NCBI GenBank assembly: GCA_035473355.1
Contig: DATIOJ010000126.1
Span: 4,823-68,822 of the forward strand
Length of the DNA stretch: 64,000 nt
Direction of reading: 5' to 3'
Source of the DNA: Candidatus Limnocylindrales bacterium
GTDB lineage: Bacteria > Chloroflexota > Dormibacteria > Dormibacterales > Dormibacteraceae
Shown piece by piece: positions 8,702-17,365 of this stretch (position 1 is the stretch's first letter; each line of letters opens with the position of its first letter). The notes beneath the pieces are model-generated. The model saw only the letters and a program-made list of their open reading frames with translations. It was not told the origin of the DNA and ran no database searches. Both the position numbers and the translations under genes were made by a program.

Positions 8702-10042
8702 GTGGAGATGGGCTCGCCAATAATCAAACCGTTGTCCGTTGCCGGGCTGGGTGTGCTCCTGATACTGATTCTCACGGTCGCTACTCTGGCTCCGGCGTCC
8801 GCCGCAAAGCCACAGGATGTTCCAGGTACGGCCGCGCTCGACTGGAACCTCGCCGCAGTCAACGCTGTTCGCGCCGCCCACACGACCGACGGCGGACCAA
8901 GTCGGACCCTCTATCAGACCGAGGGTCTGCTCTACGTGTCCTACGTGCAGGCCGCCGTCTACGACGCGGCGATGAAGATCTCCAATCGCTACACCCTTTA
9001 TCACCATTTCCACGCGCGGGCGGGGAATGCCTCCATCAGAGCCGCCGTGATCTCGGCCGCCTTCAACACCCTGATCGCCTACCTGGGTGACCCCGATGGC
9101 TCGCTCAACGCCAGGTTCGCGGCCGACCTCCCGAGGCCGTGGGATAACTGGACGTCGAGAGGAGTCGATGTCGGCAAGGCTGCCTCGGACGACATCGTTG
9201 CGCTGCGAGCAAATGATGGGCGCAACAACCCTGCCATCCCGGATGCGTGCTCAACCGACACGACGCCCGGAAACTGGGTTTGCCCGCCGGCAAACACCGG
9301 TTCGATTCAGTTCGAGCAGACGCCCTGGCTGGCGGTCATGCAGCCTTTCATGCTGCGGAGCGACTCCCAGTTCCGCGCCCCAGCGCCGCCGGCCCTCACC
9401 GACGCGCAGTGGATCGCCGACCGGAACGAAACGAGGGATTACGGAGCAAAGCTGAGCACCGTCCGTTCTGACGAGCAGACTGCGATTGCGACGTTCTGGA
9501 ACTTCAACGCGATCAACCAGTCGAACCGGACGTTGCGCGATGTCGCAATCCAGCACGGCATGGACCTGGTCGACACGGTCCGGCTGCTGGCGATGGGCAA
9601 CATGGTCGGCACCGACGCGGGCATCGCCTGTTTCGACTCCAAGTACAACTATCGGTTCTGGCGGCCCATCACTGCGATTCGCGCTGACGGCTTGACCGCG
9701 GACGCGAACTGGGTCCCGCTATTTGCGACACCCAATCACCCCGAGTACCCGTCACAACACGGATGCGTGACCTCGGCGCTCGCGCAGACGATCGCGCGTG
9801 CGCTCGGCACCTCGAACATCGACGTCACGGTCCACGGCCTGGCGGTGGCGGGAGCCACGAATACGGATCCGGCGCGAACGTACGCCACGGTTGACGACAT
9901 CGAGATGCAGCTCGTCAACGCCCGCGTTTGGATTGGGTTCCACTACCGCCATTCCGTCATCGCCGGCGAGAACCTCGGCAACTCGGTCGCGGCGTGGACC
10001 CTCGACCGCTACTTCCTCCCGAAGACGGGCGGGGACGACTAG
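8702..10042 (+). CDS. Secreted PAP2-superfamily protein, vanadium-haloperoxidase/acid-phosphatase-like
   Basis: N-terminal signal or anchor sequence. Motifs K-x6-RP (KYNYRFWRP, 9641-9667), PSQH (9749-9760) and R-x5-H (RVWIGFH). SD GGAGGTGGAG. Confidence 0.75.
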   Translation: MEMGSPIIKPLSVAGLGVLLILILTVATLAPASAAKPQDVPGTAALDWNLAAVNAVRAAHTTDGGPSRTLYQTEGLLYVSYVQAAVYDAAMKISNRYTLYHHFHARAGNASIRAAVISAAFNTLIAYLGDPDGSLNARFAADLPRPWDNWTSRGVDVGKAASDDIVALRANDGRNNPAIPDACSTDTTPGNWVCPPANTGSIQFEQTPWLAVMQPFMLRSDSQFRAPAPPALTDAQWIADRNETRDYGAKLSTVRSDEQTAIATFWNFNAINQSNRTLRDVAIQHGMDLVDTVRLLAMGNMVGTDAGIACFDSKYNYRFWRPITAIRADGLTADANWVPLFATPNHPEYPSQHGCVTSALAQTIARALGTSNIDVTVHGLAVAGATNTDPARTYATVDDIEMQLVNARVWIGFHYRHSVIAGENLGNSVAAWTLDRYFLPKTGGDD

Positions 10043-10068
10043 ACGAAACAGTGACTGACGCGGCCTCG

Positions 10069-10089
10069 CCTCCCCGCCATGCGGGGAGG
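10069..10089 (+). terminator. GC-rich hairpin downstream of the PAP2-like gene
   Basis: CCTCCCCGC-CAT-GCGGGGAGG forms a perfect 9-bp stem. Outer arms GGCCTCG / CGAGGC can extend it. There is no clear U-tract. Confidence 0.45.
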
Positions 10090-10257
10090 TCGGCCGCGAG
10101 GCTGGCCGGTGGCGAGGGAGACGCGCGGTCTCTTACATCCGTGATGCCCGAAGTGGCTGCGCGAATGCGGACGCCTACATCAGGAGACAACCCCCAATAG
10201 GCCCACCATCCTTGTGAATCGGGCGATTACTTCGTATCGGATCAGACTTGTAGCCTC

Positions 10258-10728
10258 ATGCAGGACCCAACCGTTCGCGCGTTCCGGGGCCACGCTGCAC
10301 GAACCGGCCAAGCGGTGGAAATCCCGCTTCCCTTCGATCCCGCCGACGTCTGGGGGCCGCGCAACCGCTATCACGTAACGGGCACCGTCAACGGAGCGCG
10401 GTTCCGCGGCCCACTGGTGTCACGAGGTCGAGGGTGGGTGATCCAGCGGGGGCCAAAGTCGCCCGGTGCGGCCCTCCTGGCAGACGGTGACGCGGTAATG
10501 GTCGAGATCTGGCCTGAGGGGCCACAGATCGGAGAGCTGGCCGCTGATCTTGTCGAGGCACTCGACGGTCGGCCCAACGCGAAAGCGGCATTCGAGGGAT
10601 TGGCGCAGTTCTATCGGAAGGGCTGGCTCCGGTGGATCGATGCGACCAAGCGTCGACCGGAAGTCCGCAGGGAGCGCATCGCCGAGATGCTGAGACTCCT
10701 CGAGACTGGGCATAAGGAGCGGCCATAG
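10258..10728 (+). CDS. DUF1905 + YdeI/OmpD-associated domain protein
   Basis: The N-terminal part is DUF1905-like (...IPLPFDPADVWG...VTGTVNG..FRG.L). The C-terminal part, FYRKGWLRWIDATKRRPEVRRERIAEM, is YdeI-like. Confidence 0.75.
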   Translation: MQDPTVRAFRGHAARTGQAVEIPLPFDPADVWGPRNRYHVTGTVNGARFRGPLVSRGRGWVIQRGPKSPGAALLADGDAVMVEIWPEGPQIGELAADLVEALDGRPNAKAAFEGLAQFYRKGWLRWIDATKRRPEVRRERIAEMLRLLETGHKERP

Positions 10729-10929
10729 CGGCCGTCCGTCCTTTAGTGGGCCTGTTTCAAAAGGACGCCGAGCTCGGGAGTTCTGGTCGATGGGTCTCCG
10801 AGAACCAGGAAGAAGCGCGCGGCCGCAGCATGTTTCGCGCGAGTAGCAACGGGGGAATTCATAAGCCGCCAAGTCCAACTTGCGAGAAGGGTCGGCCGCC
10901 GCCACGTACGGCCTCTGCATACTGGGGAC

Positions 10930-11397
10930 ATGACGATCACGAGACTGGACCATGTCAGCGTCGTCGTCGATGACCTGGCAGCCGCTGTCATTTTTTTCAC
11001 CGCGCTGGGCATGACGATAGAAGGCGAGATGCCGGTCGAGGGCCCGTGGGTAGACCGCGTCAACGGTCTCGAAAGTGTCCGGGTCGACATCGTCATGATG
11101 CGGACCCCGGATGGGCACGGGCGGCTTGAGCTGACGAAGTTTCGCAATCCAAAACTGGTCGAGATCGCGCCGGCGATCGCGCCGCCAAATGCGCCGGGCC
11201 TCCGCAGCGTCATGTTTACAGTCGATAGCGTCGACGAAACTGTCGCTCGCCTGCGGGCCGCCGGCGCCGAACTCGTCGGCGAGGTGGCCCAGTACGAGGA
11301 CGTGTACAGACTCTGCTACGTGCGAGGTCCTGCCGGCATCATCGTCTCGCTGGCCGAGGAGCTTCAAGACGTCGCGAGTTCAAATAAGGAAGGTTAG
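10930..11397 (+). CDS. VOC family protein (glyoxalase/bleomycin-resistance/dioxygenase fold)
   Basis: ITRLDHVSVVVDDLAAAVIFFTALGM... and ...GLRSVMFTVDSVDETVARL form the paired beta-alpha-beta-beta-beta modules. Confidence 0.85.
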   Translation: MTITRLDHVSVVVDDLAAAVIFFTALGMTIEGEMPVEGPWVDRVNGLESVRVDIVMMRTPDGHGRLELTKFRNPKLVEIAPAIAPPNAPGLRSVMFTVDSVDETVARLRAAGAELVGEVAQYEDVYRLCYVRGPAGIIVSLAEELQDVASSNKEG

Positions 11398-11431
11398 GGC
11401 GGAAAAACGCTTGCTCAACAAGTGCCGCCGC

Positions 11432-11902
11432 TCAGCCCCTTGGTTCCAGCACGGCGCGATGGCGCTGCAGATACGCGAGAATCGACGCCGCGTAGTCCTC
11501 CGACATTTGCAGCACGCCTTCAAACTGGCTGAGCCTGAAGTTGCAGTTGGCGCACACAAAGCCGCGTACTTTTCCTGTTTGGTGATCATGGTCTAAACAT
11601 GCCCTTCGGACTCCTGTGCGCCCAGTTGTCAGCTTTACCGAACAAATTGCGCAGCGCCCGTCCTGGGCGGCGAAGAGGTCGATCACCGGCTCGGGCTTAA
11701 GACCGAACCGCCATCCACGCATTCCATGACGGTCACGGGTGCGGCGCTCGTGTGGGAGGCTGTCACGGTAATGCCTTTGCTCGAGGGCCCGGCACTTTCG
11801 ACACCTGAGGTTTCGAGTCTTACCATGAGGCGAGAACTGCTCTAACGGCTGCTCGACGTGGCAGCTGATGCAGACTCGGTGATCGACGAGCTCCGCGTTC
11901 AT
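11432..11902 (-). CDS. Recombination endonuclease VII domain protein with N-terminal zinc ribbon
   Basis: CISC...CRKC is the zinc ribbon. CAICSVKL...CLDHDHQTGKVRGFVCANCNFRLSQF is the Endonuclease_7 signature. The ORF-table N-terminus (to 12100) reads through tRNA-Pro and was trimmed to the ATG at 11902. Confidence 0.75.
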   Translation of the reverse strand: MNAELVDHRVCISCHVEQPLEQFSPHGKTRNLRCRKCRALEQRHYRDSLPHERRTRDRHGMRGWRFGLKPEPVIDLFAAQDGRCAICSVKLTTGRTGVRRACLDHDHQTGKVRGFVCANCNFRLSQFEGVLQMSEDYAASILAYLQRHRAVLEPRG

Positions 11903-11991
11903 CCAAGCTGCACGTTCGGCAGCACCAGCTCGACGAGGCTTCGGAGATCGAGCCGTATTGGATTCGATGGTCACGTACGAGTGGATCGACC

Positions 11992-12068
11992 TGGTCGGGG
12001 AGGCGGGATTTGAACCCGCGACCCCCTGGCCCCCAGCCAGGTGCGCTACCGAGCTACGCCACTCCCCG
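11992..12068 (-). tRNA. tRNA-Pro (anticodon GGG), CCA encoded
   Basis: Manual fold: acceptor CGGGGAG/CTCCCCG, D-arm GCGT-AGCTCGGTA-GCGC, anticodon arm CCTGG-CTGGGGG-CCAGG, T-arm GCGGG-TTCAAAT-CCCGC, then A-CCA. Confidence 0.9.
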
Positions 12069-12115
12069 ACAACACGTAATCGTAACGATGCGTCGGGCAA
12101 TCGCCGGACTGGGCT

Positions 12116-15100
12116 CTAGGTGCGGCTGCCATACGCGACAAGGCTGCGGTGCGTTTGCGAAAACCCCGCCTCACGCAGTGCCGCTTTCAGCGGCGACTCC
12201 ATCGCCGCAACACCATCGACCTTCTGCAGTTCGACCCTGCCCGCGGCCGTCGCGACCGTGATCAGCGCATGGAGCTGCGCGGCCTGGACCTCGCCGTTTG
12301 TCAGCAGCGACCGGCCGCCCCGCTCGAGGTACAGAACGAGCCTCCCGTCATCGATCACGCAGTAGGCGCCGGCGGCCCTGCTCATGCGTCCGTCCGACTG
12401 TGGCCAGGGGAGGATCGTCCCGAACGCGTTCGCCGGGTCGGTCGCAGCCAGTGCGATGACACCACCGCCCGACTCTCGGAGTGACCGCAGCCGGTCCACC
12501 GCTCCCGGCAGCGCGAACTGCGAACCGCCGAGACCCTCGACGAAATAGCCACGGCGGATGCGGCCCGAATCTTCCATCGCGCGCAGCACCGGGTACAGGC
12601 TCGCGAAGCCACCCGGCCATCCCTCGCCGACCACCGCCTCACGCGTCAGCACGCCGTGGCGCTGGAGCAGGACGCCGGCCTCGGCGTGTAGCCGTTCGGT
12701 CGAGTTCGCGCCCGCGCCGATGAGGTCGGCCACCAGGGACCATCGCCCTGCCGCGCGCGGTTGGGTCAGGCGCGGAAGTCGCGGTCGGCGCGCCGGCCTG
12801 CGCGCCATTGGCCCGAGCAGCCGCAACGGCGCGAACGTGTCGTTGGTGACCTCGCCCGACCACACCAGATCCCACAGCGCATCGAGCGCCACGTCTTCGT
12901 CGCCGCCACCCGCCGCGTTGTAGATGTCCCGGAAGAAGCTCGCGCCGCGCGACTTCAGGTGGTCGCGAATCTTGTCGTGCAGGTCCGACTGCGGCGGATC
13001 GACAGGCTGCGGAACTAGCCTCGGTGCATCGCCGCGCAGGTAGAGGGCGACGCGCCCATCGCTCGTGCCAAGCGACCCGCGGCCGACCCACACCACCTCG
13101 CCCATGGAGACCAGCTCGTCGAGCAGGCGAGGCGCGTAGTCGCCTACTCGCGCGGCGATGACGTCGCGCTCGATGACCGTCGCCGGAAGCGCGAGTCCCT
13201 GCAGCTGGAAGGCCACTTCGAGCAGACGATCGACGCCGCCTCCCTTCACGCCGACGCCGTGCCACGCGGGCAGGAACCTGGCCAGGGCGTCCGGCGCGAC
13301 GGACTCCACCTCACGGCGAAGAGCCGCGAGAGATCTGCGGCGCAGCATTCGCAGGACGTCGGGGTGGCAATACTCGCGCCCGTCGGCCGCCTTGCGAAAC
13401 TCGCCGGCCAGGACGTCGCCCCGTGAGGCGAGCTTGGCGAGAGCGCCTTCCACCGCCTGGGCCGGAACCGCCCACCGCTTGGCTGGATCGGCGGTGACGA
13501 ACGGGACATGGGTGCGGGCGTAGCGGCGGAGCAGCGACTCCAGCGGAGCCTGACCGGGGTCGAGGAAGACATCCGGCAGCCCGATCGGCAGGCTTGCCCC
13601 CAGCGCCTCGCGGTACCGGCCGGCGTCCTCCGCGGCGATCCATCGGGACTCGCCCGCGAGTCTCACGCCGACAGCCCTCCGATCCCGTTCCAGCCCTCGC
13701 AGCCACTCGCCGCTCACGCCTCGCGCCCCAGCCTCGTCGTCGCTGAGGTCGCCGAGCCGGACCAGCAGGTCGTGCGCTTCGTCGACATCGCGAGGAAAGC
13801 GCTCCGGCAGCAGCCCCTGCAGCTCGAGCTCCACCGCGGCGATCGCGTCGGGGTCGAGCAGCTCGCGAAGGTCTTCGCTGCCAAGCAGCTCGGCCAGCAG
13901 ATCGCGGTCAAGCGTGAGCGCCTGCGCGCGCCGCTCGGCGAGCGGCTGGTCGCCTTCGTACATGTACTCGGCGACGTAGGAGAACAAGAGCGACGAGGCA
14001 AAAGGAGAGGCGCGCTCGGTGTCGACGGCGACTACGCGAATCTCGCGCGACCGGATCGCGCGAAGGAAGTTCGACAGCGCCGGCATGTCGAAGTGATCGC
14101 TCATCACCTCTCGCCACGTCTCGGCCAGAATCGGAAAGTCGGGGTACTGGCCTGCCACCTGCAGCAGGCTCGCGCTGCGCATGCGCTGCTGCCAGAGCGG
14201 AGTGCGCTGGCCGGGCCGGCGCCGAGGCAGGAGCAGCGACCGCGCGGCGTTCTCCCGAAATCGCGCCGCGAAGAGCGCCGACGCGGGCAGCTGCGCAGAC
14301 ACCAGCGCGTGGACTTCTTCCGGATCCAGGATCAGCTCGTCGAGGCTGGGCGGCGACTCGACCTCGGGAAGATGCATCGCGATTCCGTCGTCGGTCCACA
14401 GTGAGCGCGCATCCACGCCCAGCTTTTCCTGCAGATGAGCTTCCAGGGCGAAGGCCAACGGCGCATGGACGCGGCCGCCGAAGGGCGTGTGCAGGCACAC
14501 GCGCCAGTCACCCACCTCGTCGCGGAACCGTTCGACCACGACGGTCCGGTCGTCGGGCACCACGCCAGTGGCCGCGGCCTGGTCGTCGAGATAGGCGAGG
14601 AGGTTCTTGATCGCCAGGTCATCGAAGCCCGCACGCTCGCGCAGGCGCTTGGCGGCGGCGTCGGGGGACAGGCTGCGCAGCTCGCGCACCATCTTGCCGA
14701 GGGCCGCGCCGAGCTCGACGGGCCGGCTCGGCGTGTCGGCCTTCCAGAAGGCGATCTTGCCCGGCTCTCCCGGCGCCGGCGTGACGATGACCTGGGAGGG
14801 CGTGATCTCGACGATGCGCCACGTCGACGCACCCAGGACGAACGTCTCCCCCACGCGCGTCTCGTAGACCATCTCCTCGTCCAGCTCGCCCACCCGCCTG
14901 CCGTCCTCGGCGAGGTTCACGCTGTACAGTCCGCGGTCCGGAATGGTGCCGGGGTTGGTCACCGCCAGCCTCTGGGCTCCGGCGCGGCCGCGGAGCTTGC
15001 CGGCAACGCGGTCCCAGACCAGCCGCGGTCGGAGCTCGACGAACTGATCCGAGGGGTACCGCCCGCTCAGCATGTCGAGGACGGATTCAAACGCCCGTGG

Positions 15101-16435
15101 ACCGAGGTCGCTGTACGGATATGCGCGGCGCACGACGCGGCCGAGCTCTTCGATCCCCCACTCGTCAAGCGCGCACATCGCGACGATCTGTTGCGCAAGC
15201 ACGTCGAGCGGGCGGCGCGGCACGACGGTGGACTCGATCCGCCCCTCGAGCATCCCCTCGACGACGGCCGCCGACTCGAGCAGGTCCCCGCGGAACTTCG
15301 GGATGACAACTCCGCGCGACACCTCACCCACCGAGTGGCCGGCGCGGCCGACGCGCTGGATGCCAGCCGCCACGCTGGGTGGGGCCTCGATCTGCAGAAC
15401 GAGGTCGACCGCGCCCATATCGATGCCAAGCTCGAGCGTCGACGTGGCGACGAGGCCGCGCAGCCGTCCTGCCTTCAGCTCTTCCTCGATCAGGAGTCTT
15501 TGTTCGCGCGCGATCGAGCCGTGATGGGCGCGCACCATCTCCTCTTCCGCGAGATCGTTGACGCGCGCCGCGATGCGCTCGGCGAGGCGGCGCGAGTTGA
15601 CGAAGACGATCGTCGAGCGATGCGCGCGGATCAGCTCGAGCAGGCGCGGGTAGATGGCGGGCCAGATGCTGTTCATCCCCTTCGCGCTGTCCTCGTCCTC
15701 GGCGGTGAGGCGGGTCATATCCTCGACCGGGACCTCGACCCGAACCTCCATCGTCTTGAGCCGGCCGGCATCGACGATCGCCACCTCGCGGTTCGCGCCG
15801 CCGAGGAAGCGTCCGACCTCCTCGAGCGGGCGCTGCGTCGCGGACAGGCCGATGCGCTGCGGTTCGACCCGGGTCAGCTCACAGAGACGCTCGAGGCTCA
15901 GCGCAAGGTGGCTGCCGCGCTTGGTCGCCGCCACGGAGTGGATCTCGTCGACGATCAGCCAGCGCACAGACGCCAGCATCTTTCGCGCCGCGCTGGTGAG
16001 GATGAGGAAGAGCGACTCGGGTGTTGTGATCAGAATGTCGGGCGGGTGGCGCTCCATCGACCGCCGCGCCTCGGCCGGCGTGTCCCCGGTCCGGATCGCG
16101 ACCGCGATGTCCGGCGGAGTCAGGCCCTGCGCCTCCATCTGGTGCCTGATACCGACCAGCGGTGATCGGAGGTTGCGGTCGACGTCGTGGGCGAGCGCCT
16201 TGAGGGGCGAGACATAGAGGACGCGACACCGTTCCGACTCGGCAGGCATCGGTTCGGACGCGAGGCGGTCAAGGCACCACAGGAAGGCGGCGAGCGTCTT
16301 GCCGCTGCCGGTAGGCGCCGCCATGAGGACGTGCCTCCCCGCCGCCACCTCCCTCCAGCCCCGGTCCTGCACGGAGGTCGGCTCGGCGAAGGAGCTGAGG
16401 AACCAATCGCGAACCGGCGGAGAGAAGAGATCCAT
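12116..16435 (-). CDS. lhr: ATP-dependent DNA helicase Lhr (long form, ~1439 aa)
   Basis: The N-terminus F.PPVRDWF...F..PT.VQ..GW with AAPTGSGKT and DEIH is followed by a long Lhr-type C-terminal extension. The start is set at ATG 16435. The 1708-aa ORF over-extends antisense into the next gene. Confidence 0.9.
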   Translation of the reverse strand: MDLFSPPVRDWFLSSFAEPTSVQDRGWREVAAGRHVLMAAPTGSGKTLAAFLWCLDRLASEPMPAESERCRVLYVSPLKALAHDVDRNLRSPLVGIRHQMEAQGLTPPDIAVAIRTGDTPAEARRSMERHPPDILITTPESLFLILTSAARKMLASVRWLIVDEIHSVAATKRGSHLALSLERLCELTRVEPQRIGLSATQRPLEEVGRFLGGANREVAIVDAGRLKTMEVRVEVPVEDMTRLTAEDEDSAKGMNSIWPAIYPRLLELIRAHRSTIVFVNSRRLAERIAARVNDLAEEEMVRAHHGSIAREQRLLIEEELKAGRLRGLVATSTLELGIDMGAVDLVLQIEAPPSVAAGIQRVGRAGHSVGEVSRGVVIPKFRGDLLESAAVVEGMLEGRIESTVVPRRPLDVLAQQIVAMCALDEWGIEELGRVVRRAYPYSDLGPRAFESVLDMLSGRYPSDQFVELRPRLVWDRVAGKLRGRAGAQRLAVTNPGTIPDRGLYSVNLAEDGRRVGELDEEMVYETRVGETFVLGASTWRIVEITPSQVIVTPAPGEPGKIAFWKADTPSRPVELGAALGKMVRELRSLSPDAAAKRLRERAGFDDLAIKNLLAYLDDQAAATGVVPDDRTVVVERFRDEVGDWRVCLHTPFGGRVHAPLAFALEAHLQEKLGVDARSLWTDDGIAMHLPEVESPPSLDELILDPEEVHALVSAQLPASALFAARFRENAARSLLLPRRRPGQRTPLWQQRMRSASLLQVAGQYPDFPILAETWREVMSDHFDMPALSNFLRAIRSREIRVVAVDTERASPFASSLLFSYVAEYMYEGDQPLAERRAQALTLDRDLLAELLGSEDLRELLDPDAIAAVELELQGLLPERFPRDVDEAHDLLVRLGDLSDDEAGARGVSGEWLRGLERDRRAVGVRLAGESRWIAAEDAGRYREALGASLPIGLPDVFLDPGQAPLESLLRRYARTHVPFVTADPAKRWAVPAQAVEGALAKLASRGDVLAGEFRKAADGREYCHPDVLRMLRRRSLAALRREVESVAPDALARFLPAWHGVGVKGGGVDRLLEVAFQLQGLALPATVIERDVIAARVGDYAPRLLDELVSMGEVVWVGRGSLGTSDGRVALYLRGDAPRLVPQPVDPPQSDLHDKIRDHLKSRGASFFRDIYNAAGGGDEDVALDALWDLVWSGEVTNDTFAPLRLLGPMARRPARRPRLPRLTQPRAAGRWSLVADLIGAGANSTERLHAEAGVLLQRHGVLTREAVVGEGWPGGFASLYPVLRAMEDSGRIRRGYFVEGLGGSQFALPGAVDRLRSLRESGGGVIALAATDPANAFGTILPWPQSDGRMSRAAGAYCVIDDGRLVLYLERGGRSLLTNGEVQAAQLHALITVATAAGRVELQKVDGVAAMESPLKAALREAGFSQTHRSLVAYGSRT

Positions 16436-16483
16436 GACCTGCCCCACAGATGAAAGTCTGACCGTTTCGGGAGCTACAAACAA

Positions 16484-17365
16484 GTGTTCTTGACAGGCGC
16501 GGGTGGCATATTGGGCGGCACTTCCGTGTACCCGTTCGAGCGCTTCACCGAGCGTGCCAAAAAAACGCTGACGTTCGCGCAGGAGGAGGCGGAGCGTTCG
16601 CGCCACTCCTACATCGGAACGGAGCACATCCTGCTCGGGCTGTTGCGGGAGCAGGAGGGCGATGCCGCCGAGGTGCTCAAGGAGCTTCGAATCGACATCG
16701 CGACCGTCCGCCAAACCATCGCCTCGGTGGTCGGGCGCACCGAGCGGATCATCATCCAGCAGATCATCCCGACATCGCGGGTCAAGCAGGTCATCGAGAT
16801 CGCCTTCGATGAGGCGCGTCGCATGGGCCACGACTCCGTCGACACGGGGCACCTCCTCATGGCGCTGGTCATCGAGGGCGAGGGAATCGCAGCCCACGTG
16901 CTCGAGGACATGGGCGCGCGCGCGAATGTAGTCGTCGCGGAACTGGAGAAGAGGTGGGGCCTCCAGCCAAGCGGAATGGGAAAGCGATCGCAGCCCAAAA
17001 AGATGCGCTTCCCGGCGCTGCCGCGAATGCGTCTGGCCCAGATGCGAACGGTGGCGGGGTTCAAGCCGGTGCCCCCCGCTGCCTCCGACACCGAGACGCT
17101 GCATCGTCTTCTCACGACACCGCAGTTCGCCGACCTCATGCGTAGGCGAGGGTTCGACGTCGACCGGCTGGTCAACGAGCTCGCGAAGCCGCCCGATCAG
17201 GTGGTCAAGCTGCGAGCCGACCTCGCGGTGGCCCGCAGCCACCTCGCGGACGCCGTGGGGCAGGCCGATTACGAGCGCGCCGCCCAGGTCCAGAAAACGC
17301 TAAACGCGCTCTCGGGCAGGCTCAAGGCGGCCGAGCACGTCTGGCTGAAATCAATCAGCGGCTGA
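16484..17365 (+). CDS. Clp N-terminal (Clp R) repeat domain protein with C-terminal UVR-like motif
   Basis: FERFTERAKKTLTFAQEEAERSRHSYIGTEHILLGLL and a second repeat SVDTGHLLMALV are present. The C-terminal ...ADYERAAQVQKTLNAL is UVR-like. No AAA+ module. An alternative start is GTG 16526 (VYPFERF...). Confidence 0.75.
   Translation: MFLTGAGGILGGTSVYPFERFTERAKKTLTFAQEEAERSRHSYIGTEHILLGLLREQEGDAAEVLKELRIDIATVRQTIASVVGRTERIIIQQIIPTSRVKQVIEIAFDEARRMGHDSVDTGHLLMALVIEGEGIAAHVLEDMGARANVVVAELEKRWGLQPSGMGKRSQPKKMRFPALPRMRLAQMRTVAGFKPVPPAASDTETLHRLLTTPQFADLMRRRGFDVDRLVNELAKPPDQVVKLRADLAVARSHLADAVGQADYERAAQVQKTLNALSGRLKAAEHVWLKSISG

Noticed and set aside
10985-10996. T7 homopolymer in the VOC gene and an A7 run at about 16560 in the Clp-N gene as phase-variation tracts
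   Set aside because: The runs are short and in-frame (Ile-Phe-Phe, Lys-Lys) in intact ORFs. There is no evidence of slippage, and 7-mers are too short to argue for contingency loci.
11903-12100. N-terminal part of ORF 11432..12100 and a possible tRNA-linked genomic island below 11992
   Set aside because: The extension reads through tRNA-Pro. For the island, I found no integrase or recombinase, no visible direct repeat of the tRNA 3' end, and the neighbouring genes look like ordinary housekeeping or stress genes. Only the endo VII gene is flagged.
14435-16165. 576-aa plus-strand ORF antisense to lhr
   Set aside because: It is a shadow ORF of high-GC DNA with Arg/Ala/Asp/Gly/His-biased composition and no motifs. 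It lies entirely inside a gene with strong helicase motifs on the other strand.
16490-16514. TTGACA at 16490 as a promoter for the Clp-N gene
   Set aside because: There is no acceptable -10 hexamer at 16-19 nt spacing (CATATT at 11 nt, TATTGG at 13 nt). It is left uncalled.
16436-17242. N-terminal ~270 aa of the 1708-aa ORF (12116..17242, minus strand)
   Set aside because: The Lhr homology starts at MDLFSPPVRDWF (ATG 16435). The upstream part is Arg/Asp/His-rich low-complexity sequence lying antisense to the well-supported Clp-N gene, so it is an over-extension.
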